This document shows positions 48,755 to 58,205 of a stretch of DNA of 64,000 nt, one piece after another. The notes below the pieces were generated by a model, which had not been told where the DNA came from, did no database searches, and saw only the letters and a program-made list of their open reading frames with translations. The stretch lies in contig CAXXDQ010000007.1 in NCBI GenBank assembly GCA_963664325.2, positions 32,001 to 96,000 on the forward strand, read 5' to 3'. This stretch comes from Desulfomonilia bacterium. GTDB taxonomy: Bacteria; Desulfobacterota; Desulfomonilia; UBA1062. The number at the start of each line of letters is the position of its first letter. The stretch's first letter is position 1. The position numbers and the translations under genes were made by a program.

Positions 48755-49312
48755 TCATATGCTCAACGAAAAATAATCTTTGTCGGTAATGTTATCTTCA
48801 ATCTGTTTTCTGGCCGTTTTCAGCCACTCGAGATACATTTCATTAAATGTGACCCCGAGATTGGACAGAAGTTTTACATACGGCCCCTGACTTTGCCACC
48901 TCAGGGAATTGCTGGTTCGCCTTTCCAGCTGTGCCTCGTATGAGGCGATCTGTGAGTCAATTATTCTCAAAACATCTTCCGGTCCGCCAAATCCGAAAAA
49001 TGCGAATTTAAGCAGAAAGGGATCGCGAAGAAGCATGGATTTGTCTACCGGCTCCTTAAGCCATTCGGAAAAAACCTCACGCCCCTTGTCTGTAATTGAA
49101 TAAAGTTTGCGCCTAGGCCCCTGTCTGCTGGCAGGAGAGGATTTAAGCATTCTGATGAGCCCTTTATTTTCAAGGTCTTTCAATATAGGATAAATCTGGC
49201 CGAAGTTGACAGACCACATATGGCCGAAATTGTTTTCGAGATGCTCCTTGATGCGATAGCCGTGCATATCACGGTATTGGAGAAGACCAAGCACTGCATA
49301 ATTCAGCGACAT
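48755..49312 (-). CDS. PadR family transcriptional regulator (AphA-type C-terminus)
   Basis: MHGYRIK, GQIYPIL and YSITDKG motifs. Confidence 0.93.
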   Translation of the reverse strand: MSLNYAVLGLLQYRDMHGYRIKEHLENNFGHMWSVNFGQIYPILKDLENKGLIRMLKSSPASRQGPRRKLYSITDKGREVFSEWLKEPVDKSMLLRDPFLLKFAFFGFGGPEDVLRIIDSQIASYEAQLERRTSNSLRWQSQGPYVKLLSNLGVTFNEMYLEWLKTARKQIEDNITDKDYFSLSI

Positions 49313-49339
49313 CTGACCTCCATTCTAAATATGCAAATC

Positions 49340-49360
49340 ACTATATACAATCTATATAGT
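49340..49360. promoter_or_regulatory. candidate PadR operator
   Basis: ACTATATA-caatc-TATATAGT, 28 bp upstream of the PadR start. Confidence 0.5.
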
Positions 49361-49506
49361 TTAATTTTTATGAAGTCAAACTAAAAAAAATTGATTTTAA
49401 GACTTTTCCCCTACCCTTGAATAAATTTGAGATACTTGTTGGATTGATGTTAAGGTGCATTCGGAATAAAAATAATAAAGGGAAAAGGATTGAAAGTTCT
49501 ATTTTC

Positions 49507-51150
49507 TTATCTTAACGCCCTTCCGAGGTTCTCGAGAGTAGGCGGATAATCAAACCGGCCCACGCAGACTTCAATGAAAACCATTTTATCCTTGTGCTCC
49601 TGCGCCGCTTTCAGCGCTTCTTCAAGACCGCCTTCGGTATCAACCCTGAAACTTATCCGACCGCCGAAAATTTCAGGGAGCTTGTGATATTGCCAGGGCT
49701 GGATGTCGTTATAAATGTTGTCGTAAATCACCCGCTCGATTTGGTAGCCGTCATTGTTTATCAGAAACACCACAGGATTCTGACCGTTCCTGATGATTGT
49801 TGAAAGCTCCTGGCAGGTCATCTGAAAAGCACCGTCGCCGATTATAACAACGGGCCTGCTTTCCGGTTTTGCGAATTTAACCCCAATCGAAGCAGGCAGG
49901 CTGTAGCCAATCGAGAGGTAAAAATCCTGTGCAAGCATCAAGGCGTCTTCCGGCAGGTGCATGGCAGCGCTTTCTAATGTTGCACTCCCTGCATCGGCAA
50001 CAATGATATGCCCTTTACCAATGAAGCGGTTCAGCCTTTCCCAGAACCTTTTTGATGTCATTCTGGCATTTTTACGGGGGATGTAGGCACTGTCAAGCAG
50101 ATGGGACGGATGGTCTTTATCCTTCAGGCGGCATTTCCCTGCCTTAACCTTCCGGGTCAATTCCCTGACAAAAAGCTCAAGCGGAACGTTTTCATAATAA
50201 TGGTTTTTTATCCTGACCGAATTGACATAAGCATAAATCATTTTTTCCTGATCGAGCCTTGATGTAAACAGCCCTATATTGAAGTCGGTAAAGAGAACAC
50301 CGAGGACGAGCAGGGCATCGGCGTCTTCTATCAAATGCCTGGTCCTGCTGCTAAGAAGCTTCGAACTGTATGTCCCGATGAAATTAGGCAGGGTTTCAGG
50401 TATCATGCCCTTGCTGCTCATGGTAGAGGAGACTGCAAAACCCGATCGCATTAAAAACCTGAACAATTCATCTTCTATTCCGAGTTTTGTGAATGCGGCA
50501 CCTGCATAAACAGCAGGCCTCTTAGCAGATTTTATCATTGAAAACGCCTCCTTCACAGATTCTTTAAGGGCGTTTTCATCAAGGGGTATGCACATGTCAG
50601 GGTTCCAGTCTCCGGGCCTGTCGCATTCCGCCTGAACAATGTCAGCGGGTATTTCTATAAAAACCGGCCTTCTGAACAAAAGGCAGTCGTTTATCACCCT
50701 GTCAATCTCGGAAGGGGCTTTGTCCGGGTCAGACAGCAGCGCTGCCGATGCGGTTATCTTGTCATATATATCAGTTTGAAGGTTTGAATGGCCCGCTATA
50801 TGGTGGAGCAGGCCCTCATGGTCTTTCCTGAGCGACAGTTTGGGGCCTCCGCATATCGCAATGACCGGGACATGTTCGGCATATGCTCCTGCAATTGCGT
50901 TGAGGAGACTGAAAGCGCCGACTCCATATGTCACGCATACGGCTCCTGCGCCGTTAAACCGTGCATAGGCGTCTGCCGCATAACCGGCATTAAGCTCATT
51001 GCATGTGCCAACGACCTTGATTGAGCTGTCCTCAAGCATGTCGAAAAATTTAAGGACATAATCCCCCGGGATACCGAATATATGCCTGATGCCTATCTGT
51101 TTAAGCCTTGCAATAATGTATTCACCGACAGTGGTTTTCTTTTTTAGCAT
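49507..51150 (-). CDS. ThDP-dependent alpha-keto acid decarboxylase (pyruvate/indolepyruvate/phenylpyruvate decarboxylase family)
   Basis: FGIPGDY, NELNAGYAADAYAR, LLHH and GDGAFQMT...NNDGY motifs; start at MLKKK (ORF track 51180). Confidence 0.92.
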   Translation of the reverse strand: MLKKKTTVGEYIIARLKQIGIRHIFGIPGDYVLKFFDMLEDSSIKVVGTCNELNAGYAADAYARFNGAGAVCVTYGVGAFSLLNAIAGAYAEHVPVIAICGGPKLSLRKDHEGLLHHIAGHSNLQTDIYDKITASAALLSDPDKAPSEIDRVINDCLLFRRPVFIEIPADIVQAECDRPGDWNPDMCIPLDENALKESVKEAFSMIKSAKRPAVYAGAAFTKLGIEDELFRFLMRSGFAVSSTMSSKGMIPETLPNFIGTYSSKLLSSRTRHLIEDADALLVLGVLFTDFNIGLFTSRLDQEKMIYAYVNSVRIKNHYYENVPLELFVRELTRKVKAGKCRLKDKDHPSHLLDSAYIPRKNARMTSKRFWERLNRFIGKGHIIVADAGSATLESAAMHLPEDALMLAQDFYLSIGYSLPASIGVKFAKPESRPVVIIGDGAFQMTCQELSTIIRNGQNPVVFLINNDGYQIERVIYDNIYNDIQPWQYHKLPEIFGGRISFRVDTEGGLEEALKAAQEHKDKMVFIEVCVGRFDYPPTLENLGRALR

Positions 51151-51359
51151 TCTTTCACCTCTTATAAGAAACCGTATCACTTGATTATATTGCTTCCCGG
51201 TAATCTTGCCTTTTCCATGATCTCATCTTTCAACCGTATACCGGCTTTATCGTATAATAGATTTGCCGACTTGAAATAAAACTTTTGTAATGCCCGAGGA
51301 GACAGGGAATTTGTGGGGATGCTCAAGGCGTCTTCCGCGGCATGAACCTCTCAGTCAGA

Positions 51360-51809
51360 TTAAACGGACTTGTCCTTGCCCCTGAGACCCCACAGCAGGA
51401 TAACGCATGTTACAAGTATGGCGATTGCCATTGAAGTAAGACAAAATTTAATTATTGCCTCCTGTATGGGCGTACCCAGCGCACCTGCACCAGACATTGG
51501 CATCATGGACTGGCCAGCTCCAAGGGCCGCCGCTGTAAGGGTGGTCGCCCAGTTGGCATAGGCACCGTAAATGGCCAGCCAGAATGTGATTATATAAACG
51601 GGCTTTGACAGCCGGAGCCTTGGCCATATCAGGCCTACCACGGCCAGAAACGTGCCGCTCATCACGCCTTCGAGGTGGCTTGAAAGACCCATTCGGGGAT
51701 TGGCCAGCATAGGGACTGTCAAGCCTGAGAGAAGCCCGAGAAAGAACAGAAGAATGCCGTAGCGTACCAGACGGCGGCCGGCTTGTTGCCCTGAGTAATC
51801 ATTTTCCAT
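51360..51809 (-). CDS. StyC (styrene-oxide isomerase)-like four-TM membrane protein
   Basis: Four hydrophobic segments; NPRMGLSSHLEG and YANW motifs, as recalled for StyC-like proteins. Confidence 0.55.
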   Translation of the reverse strand: MENDYSGQQAGRRLVRYGILLFFLGLLSGLTVPMLANPRMGLSSHLEGVMSGTFLAVVGLIWPRLRLSKPVYIITFWLAIYGAYANWATTLTAAALGAGQSMMPMSGAGALGTPIQEAIIKFCLTSMAIAILVTCVILLWGLRGKDKSV

Positions 51810-51965
51810 AACACCTCCGTAAATCCCGAATATTTTGATTTATAAGTCCAACTATCAATATACATGATGACTGGTTCCGCTATTGTTTTAACCGCACCAT
51901 GATTCAATATCCTTTTTTACGATACTGCTCTTAAAATCAAAACATTTATGATTTCACTGTCCGCA

Positions 51966-52913
51966 TCAGGGAAACATCCGGGCCGCATTTCCTTTCTCGA
52001 CAGCAAGAAGCTCTTCGCCGCTGAAACCTTCAAATGACTGAAGGCCGGAAACTGTGAGCCCTGTTATGATTTCAGGTGCAAACGGGTAATCACTGCCGAA
52101 GAGGATATGTGTTGCGTCCACAAGCTCTTTGATGGAGCGCATGGCAAAGGGCGAGGCGGCAAGGGCGGTGTCGTAATTCAGGCATTTCAAGTATGATATG
52201 GCATCCTTCGGGGCCTTTTCCAAAGCATTCGGGATGACAAAGGACCCGAGCGCTATGCGCCAGGCCAGGTACGGGGCGGCGCCCCCTGCGTGCGCGAAAA
52301 TGAAAGGGATGTCCGGATACCTTTGAAGGGTGCCGCTGAATATCAGGTTGACAATGGCACGGGTCGTATCGAAAGCCACTTCAAAAAGGAAATTGGGGAT
52401 ATGCATTCCAAGCGGATTGCTGCCCGGCGGGTCGGTTGGATGAACAAATACGGGCGTTTTGCGCCGGTTGAGTTCACAGAATACATCTTCAAACGCCGGG
52501 TCGCCGAGATAGGTGCCCGAATAGTTTGTCAGGAGCACCACCCCGTCGAGCTTTAATGCTTCAAGGCTGTATTCAAATTCCTTCAGCGCAGCACCCGCAT
52601 CCGGAAGGGGAAGCGTGGCGAAGGCGCCGAAACGCCCGGGATAATCGGTAATAAGCCGGGCCGATGCCTCATTGCACTGCCGTGCGAGCCGGGCGGCAAA
52701 AGCAGTATCGCCGAAGAAAACGCCTGGGCATGAGATTGATGTTATTGCAGTCTCAATGCCGTTGCGGTCCATAACGCCAAGCGCCGTTTCCGCGTCCCAT
52801 CGGGGAAATGACGCCCCGATGGAATTCGTGATGCCGATGCCGGCCAGGGCGCGCACATATTCCGGCGGCACGATATGGTGATGTACATCGATACGGTGCG
52901 GGGCCTTGATCAT
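51966..52913 (-). CDS. amidohydrolase-2 family protein (ACMSD/aromatic acid decarboxylase-like)
   Basis: IDVHHH, FVHP, AHAGG and FGSDYPF motifs. Confidence 0.9.
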   Translation of the reverse strand: MIKAPHRIDVHHHIVPPEYVRALAGIGITNSIGASFPRWDAETALGVMDRNGIETAITSISCPGVFFGDTAFAARLARQCNEASARLITDYPGRFGAFATLPLPDAGAALKEFEYSLEALKLDGVVLLTNYSGTYLGDPAFEDVFCELNRRKTPVFVHPTDPPGSNPLGMHIPNFLFEVAFDTTRAIVNLIFSGTLQRYPDIPFIFAHAGGAAPYLAWRIALGSFVIPNALEKAPKDAISYLKCLNYDTALAASPFAMRSIKELVDATHILFGSDYPFAPEIITGLTVSGLQSFEGFSGEELLAVEKGNAARMFP

Positions 52914-53057
52914 AAAAATCCTCTTTTTTTTGTTTCAAGACATATTATCAAAGTTGCTTGATATATTCCAGAGATACCGCATACAGTTTCATCCTGGGTA
53001 TTTCTATGACTGTTCTGTCAATGGTATCTTCCGCCGGGTCTTTAAAGGTTTCCTGAT

Positions 53058-53759
53058 TCAATATCTGGATGCCCTTTTCGCAATGGCATCAAGCAGTCCG
53101 GGCAGTGCGATTCTGTTTGCAATGTTGACGGCGCCTGCCGGGAGGCTGCCCCCCGGGTTTGTCCAGACATAATACGTAATTCTCGTTTTGCCCGGGACAC
53201 CGGCCGGTTCTATCTGGAAGTACCCCTGGTTGAAGGTGGTCTCCACGGCATTCTCAGGGCTGGTGAGAAAACTCCTGATGTCCGGGTCCGTAGGCAACCT
53301 CCTGTATGCGCCTTTTTCAAGAACCCAGTCTGACCTGAACATTTCAGGATTGCCGGTGTAGTTGTAAACATCGGTGTATCTGAGGTTGTAGAACCTCGAA
53401 GATATGGCGGGAATGGGTACGTCAAGGAAGGTGAAGACATAGTTTAAAAATACATCCTTTGATTTCTGTTCGGTATGGACCAGTTTAGTGTATTTCACAT
53501 AAGGCATGAATTCGCTGAAATGAACATAGTCCGTTATCGCGGCAATCACCTGGCCTGGATTCCTTTCGACCACACCGATAAGCAGGACCTCCTGCGTGTC
53601 CGAATCCTGCTTGTTCCTGCTGTAAGTCCTGTAATATTTGCCGCTTGATTTTAATGTCCAGTCCGTGTCGTCTTTTTGAGGGGAGAGATTTAATGCAGAG
53701 AGCGCGGAGAATTGAAATAATGCAAAGATGAATACCAGGAGGAACAGGGCCCTTTTCAT
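53058..53759 (-). CDS. exported START/SRPBCC lipid-binding-fold protein
   Basis: Signal peptide; DYVHFSEFMPY, ISSR.Y and TNPGGSLP motifs. Confidence 0.7.
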   Translation of the reverse strand: MKRALFLLVFIFALFQFSALSALNLSPQKDDTDWTLKSSGKYYRTYSRNKQDSDTQEVLLIGVVERNPGQVIAAITDYVHFSEFMPYVKYTKLVHTEQKSKDVFLNYVFTFLDVPIPAISSRFYNLRYTDVYNYTGNPEMFRSDWVLEKGAYRRLPTDPDIRSFLTSPENAVETTFNQGYFQIEPAGVPGKTRITYYVWTNPGGSLPAGAVNIANRIALPGLLDAIAKRASRY

Positions 53760-53760
53760 T

Positions 53761-56343
53761 CTAGCCTGTTCCGCCGAATTCGGTGCGGCTTATGATCTCA
53801 TCCTGAAGGGGCCTGCCAAGGTCTGTAAAGAAGGCCGAATACCCTGACACCCTGACAACAAGGTCACGGTGCATCTCGGGGTGGAGCTGGGCCTCTTTGA
53901 GGGTCTTGTTTGAAATAAAGTTGGGCGAGAGTTCCATGCCTCCGAGCCTGAAATATCCCCTGAACAGAGAGATGATCTTTTCCTGCTGTTCCTGGCTCTT
54001 CAACACTGACGGCAGAAACTTTATATTCAGGGCATTCCCGTTTGAAACAAGGAGGTGGTTGATTTTCGAAGCCGATTTAAGCACGGCGGTCGGCCCCTTG
54101 ATTTCAGAGCCGTTAGACGGCGAAAAGCTGTTGCTGACAGGCTCTCCTGAAAGCCTTCCGTCCGGAGTGGCCCCGAGGAAAAGTCCTTCCATCACATGCA
54201 TTCCGTATGAAAAGAAGCCGGGCCTGAACATTGCGCCGAATATATTTTTTTGCCTGCTCACCTCGGTGCAGAAGTATTCAACGATGCCGGAAGCTATCGC
54301 ATCGGCCATGTCGATATCGGCCCCGTATCTGTGGCCTTTATTTTTCAGCATCGAGCGTTCTTTCTCAAACCCCTTGAAATTTACGTCAAGCATTGAGATG
54401 AGCCTTTCCATGGACAGGGCCTTTTCATCAAAGACAAAGTGCTTGATTGCGGCAATGGAGTCTGCGGCGGTCCCGAGTCCCCGTGCGCTCATTGATGAAA
54501 ATGTATACCTGGCGCCGCCCGAGGTCATGTCGCGGGCGTTCTTGATGCAGCCGCTTAACGTGGATGAAATGAAAGGGGAGGGGAAGGCCTCGCGGTAAGA
54601 GATGTCCTTGATGTTCACGGCCCTGGCTATGACTGAAATCATGAAAGACACCTGTCTTTTGTAGGCATTCATGAATTCGCCGAATGTCCTGAAAGAGACG
54701 GGATCGCCGGTAGCAGGGCCTATCCTCTTGCCCATGATCCTGAGCCGGCCGTCCAGGAGCGCCATTTCAAGGGCTGCGACAAGCGATATATCGTTACCGG
54801 AGGTGCACCCGAACGTGTCCCCGTCACCGGTGGGTTCGACGCAGCCGACTATCCCGTAATTTCTTGCATCTTCAATGTCCATCCCGGTTTTTGTGAGCGC
54901 CTCGATTATGGCTTCGTCGTTGAACAGTGCGGGCCCGGAGGTGTTACGGTACATGCCGATGATCCTTTCCCAGTATTCATGGGGGGATTTTTCGCTGACC
55001 CTGACGGAAAAACTGTTCCCCATGGATTTGACATTGGCGACGGCATCGAGGATGACATATGTAAACGCGGTCACTGCGTCGGTTCCGTCCGGATTGAGGC
55101 CTCCGATTGTAGGTGTGCAGTTGTCCGAGCCGAGTTCGTTTGCAGTGCTTTTTCCTCCATACGGGAGAAGTATCACATTGCAGGCCAGCTTTATAAGAAG
55201 CTCTTCCATCAAAGCGGTTGCGAGCTCTTTTGTGAGGATTCCCAGCCTGACGTCGTTTTCATAAAAGTCCGAGAAACGGGAATCCAGGCGGCCTGTTGAA
55301 AGGATGGATGGCATTCCGTAGCTTATGATCGCCGCAGCCTGGGTCAGCCAGAAGGCCTGCACCGCCTCGCGAAAATCGCGGGGAGGGTGATACGGGACAT
55401 GGCGGCACCTTCCTGCGATTGCCAGGAGTTCTTTTTTCCTGGCCTCATCGACGGTTTCTTCCGCAAGCCTTTCAGCCTCGAGCGCATACCGCAGCGCAAA
55501 GTCCCTTACGGCATCACAGCATATGATTACGGCCTCAAGAAAGGCGGTCCCTTCTTTATCTCCCTTCGATTCAACTTCAGCGAGAACCTCTACGGCCTGT
55601 TTGCGCAGTCCGGAAAAGCCTTCTCTGAGCACATTCTTATGCCCGAGGATCAGATGCCCCTGGACATCGAAAGAATTCATTACATAGGCCGGGTTGTTGA
55701 ACAAGACCTCCCTGATGCCTTTGAGGGCGTACGCCGGGCTTGCCATCGGTATCCTGATATCCGCAATCCGGCCCGGCAGGAACTTCCCGAGAGGCCTTGA
55801 AATGTCGGACAGCCTCATTCCCGGGAGCCCGATAGTTTTTCTCAATTTCTTGATATCAAGGCTCCGGGACAGCCCGGCCAGTGCCGAAGGCTTCAGGGAC
55901 GGCCGGAAAATAAGGCCTGCAGCCCGCATTTTCCGCTTCCTTTCATCCCTGAGGGTCTTTCCTTTCCAGTACGGCAGGATTGTTTTCTTCAGTTCCCTGA
56001 CTTCCTCATCTGAAATGACATAGGGCTGGTCCTTTCTCTTTCTGAGGAGGTCGAGGTCGAGGTCCAGGATCGTATTGATGTCGCCCCGCTCGACAGGTAT
56101 TGCCGCCGCCACAAGCTTTCCCGTGCGGTTGCCTGCGATCTGTTCTTCGTTTAGGATATAGATGGTCATATTTTTGAGCGTGTGCTCAAAGGCCCTAGCG
56201 GCCCTGACTGCAGGGTGAAGTCCTTCGGTCATTTTGAAGGATTGCGTGTAATACCGGGCCCTCTCGATGCAGATTTCGTAGGGGGCGGAAAGGATCATTT
56301 CCTTGTACCGCCGGTTGCGGGGATTTATTGCCGGAGGCTCCAT
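53761..56343 (-). CDS. glycyl radical enzyme (PFL2/eliminase-type), GRE-2, with an N-proximal insertion
   Basis: CIERARY, Cys loop IVGCVEP and Gly loop VRVSGYS; 860 aa. Confidence 0.92.
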   Translation of the reverse strand: MEPPAINPRNRRYKEMILSAPYEICIERARYYTQSFKMTEGLHPAVRAARAFEHTLKNMTIYILNEEQIAGNRTGKLVAAAIPVERGDINTILDLDLDLLRKRKDQPYVISDEEVRELKKTILPYWKGKTLRDERKRKMRAAGLIFRPSLKPSALAGLSRSLDIKKLRKTIGLPGMRLSDISRPLGKFLPGRIADIRIPMASPAYALKGIREVLFNNPAYVMNSFDVQGHLILGHKNVLREGFSGLRKQAVEVLAEVESKGDKEGTAFLEAVIICCDAVRDFALRYALEAERLAEETVDEARKKELLAIAGRCRHVPYHPPRDFREAVQAFWLTQAAAIISYGMPSILSTGRLDSRFSDFYENDVRLGILTKELATALMEELLIKLACNVILLPYGGKSTANELGSDNCTPTIGGLNPDGTDAVTAFTYVILDAVANVKSMGNSFSVRVSEKSPHEYWERIIGMYRNTSGPALFNDEAIIEALTKTGMDIEDARNYGIVGCVEPTGDGDTFGCTSGNDISLVAALEMALLDGRLRIMGKRIGPATGDPVSFRTFGEFMNAYKRQVSFMISVIARAVNIKDISYREAFPSPFISSTLSGCIKNARDMTSGGARYTFSSMSARGLGTAADSIAAIKHFVFDEKALSMERLISMLDVNFKGFEKERSMLKNKGHRYGADIDMADAIASGIVEYFCTEVSRQKNIFGAMFRPGFFSYGMHVMEGLFLGATPDGRLSGEPVSNSFSPSNGSEIKGPTAVLKSASKINHLLVSNGNALNIKFLPSVLKSQEQQEKIISLFRGYFRLGGMELSPNFISNKTLKEAQLHPEMHRDLVVRVSGYSAFFTDLGRPLQDEIISRTEFGGTG

Positions 56344-56679
56344 TCAATCTTCTCCCTGTTGATCACATTACATGCAAATAAAATATACTCCTGAACAGGT
56401 CCCGGGTAAATGTCAAATGCCTTTGAAATTACCGGTGGTTGTTGTGCAATTTAAATCATGCCGACTGTCCGGCTTTGCGGGGTTCAAAATGAATCGCCGA
56501 AGTCAACGGAAGCGCAAGTTGAAAGTTCTGCCGAACCAGCCGGGCCCGGCAAAACCCACCGGCGCCATATAGGCTCCGTCCCCTGGGATGTCCATGACCA
56601 CGATTCGGCCGTTTCAGGGGATCGCCGGTTACCAGATGCGCTATGTTGTTCATAGTGAGAGAACTTATATGCCCCGGAT

Positions 56680-57462
56680 TTATTTCCCTGGCGCGAAACT
56701 CACGAGCATATCAGTCTGGGTATCACCGCCGGAGATCGGCATTATAAGCTTGACCATGTAATGGGGTGGTTCGACTGTAAGATATAGATATATCCCGGGC
56801 ACAATCTTTTGAAGCAGCTCAGTGAGAAGCCCCTTGCCTTCTATTATTATTTTCCCCCTGATTGAATAGCATTCGAAGGTCCCGGCGGGAACAGTGATTT
56901 TTTCTTTTCCCTTGACTGTCCATGAGACCCTGGAGAAAGCCTTGGGTCCCCACCAGATGCGGGATTCATGAACCACGCCCGTGGTTTTTAAATCGGCGCC
57001 TCTTTGGAGGAATGTGATAACAGGAGCAGGGTTCATATCCGCCGGAAATTTAAGTGACGGATCGGTAAAATCAACCTCCAGTCTGCTTTCCTGCCTGCCT
57101 GCAGGGGAAATCAAGGTGTCGGTCCAGGATACCACTCTAAACTGAGGATCTTCCCTTATGACGGCCGTCATTTCCTCTTTGCCGCCGCCAGTATGCTGTT
57201 CGGACCTTCGCCAGATGATTCCATCTCCAGTGATCTCAATTTTCTGGGTCCATTGCTGGGGATTATACCTTGCCCTGGTTTCTTCCGCCCATCCGCTGAG
57301 TTTCCCTTTCCTCTCGATTTTTGTTTTGTAAACCGCGGTTTCGCCGTCAGCAAATAGCCGCCCCGCAAATCCTTGCATGGGTATCGACAGGACACATGAC
57401 AGAATGAAGCAGAACATAAATAATGGTCTTGCATGGTATGGCATGGGGCCGGGCTGCTTCAC
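56680..57462 (-). CDS. exported DUF3108-like protein
   Basis: Signal peptide (GFAG); KEKITVPAGTFECY motif. Confidence 0.6.
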   Translation of the reverse strand: MKQPGPMPYHARPLFMFCFILSCVLSIPMQGFAGRLFADGETAVYKTKIERKGKLSGWAEETRARYNPQQWTQKIEITGDGIIWRRSEQHTGGGKEEMTAVIREDPQFRVVSWTDTLISPAGRQESRLEVDFTDPSLKFPADMNPAPVITFLQRGADLKTTGVVHESRIWWGPKAFSRVSWTVKGKEKITVPAGTFECYSIRGKIIIEGKGLLTELLQKIVPGIYLYLTVEPPHYMVKLIMPISGGDTQTDMLVSFAPGK

Positions 57463-58205
57463 TCAGGTTTCAGCACACCGGAGCCGCCGGTCTTTATTTC
57501 GAACATGCCTGGAAGGATTGTCCCGGGCTTCACAAGGTCAGCACTCGGCTCGGATGCGCCTATGGTCACAGTGACAAAACCATAGGTTGTCTTTATCTGC
57601 GGCTTACCTAGTTCGGTTGATTTGACCACCTCCACTTTTGGGCCTTTGGCAGGTGGGACAAGCTGAAACACCGGCCCGCCCAGCTCCCATTTCTCCTTGA
57701 TATAGACCGGCTCATCTTTCACCTCGCCCGGTTTGAATGTCAGCAAGAGCCGCGAAGTCCCTTCATTAATGACTTCGCCGCGCCAGCCGTCGCCGTCAGG
57801 TTCGAGGGTTATCCTGTCCGGAATATTCTTGGGAAACCCCATCTTGCGGCCGCCCCACATGGCCACCCTTTTGGTAACAGGCATGAAGATGCAGTGCCAG
57901 CCTTCCTGGCCCTTGTATGAGGCGCGCAGCACGATATACCCTTCCTGGTATCGGGTAAAAGGCCATGGCCTGACTTCAGTATAATCCACCACTGCGAGGC
58001 CGACCAGGGGGTGCGACGGCATTTCGAACTGCTGCGGAAGAAGCCTGCGGTAAAGCCCGAGGTTGTCGGGTTGAGCAATTGCCATTATCTTCTTATCCGA
58101 TATGAAGTTTCCCTTCTCATTGCATCCGCAAAATAAAAGAATAATTCCGATTACAATAATGATCCCTGCAATTTTCAATGCTTTCGTAAAGAGCCTCCTT
58201 TTCAT
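57459..58205 (-). CDS. acetoacetate decarboxylase-fold lipoprotein, paralog 2
   Basis: Lipobox FCG-C; YRRLLP, YQEG and GGRKMGFPK (Schiff-base Lys motif). Confidence 0.75.
   Translation of the reverse strand: MKRRLFTKALKIAGIIIVIGIILLFCGCNEKGNFISDKKIMAIAQPDNLGLYRRLLPQQFEMPSHPLVGLAVVDYTEVRPWPFTRYQEGYIVLRASYKGQEGWHCIFMPVTKRVAMWGGRKMGFPKNIPDRITLEPDGDGWRGEVINEGTSRLLLTFKPGEVKDEPVYIKEKWELGGPVFQLVPPAKGPKVEVVKSTELGKPQIKTTYGFVTVTIGASEPSADLVKPGTILPGMFEIKTGGSGVLKPE

Noticed and set aside
44123-56343. Calling either GRE pflB, cutC, bssA/assA or hypD
   Set aside because: No PFL CC motif, no small subunits or microcompartment genes, and specificity residues cannot be assigned by eye.
56456-56653. 65-aa ORF or riboswitch upstream of GRE-2
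   Set aside because: No recognisable protein motif, convincing RBS or known riboswitch consensus; left uncalled.
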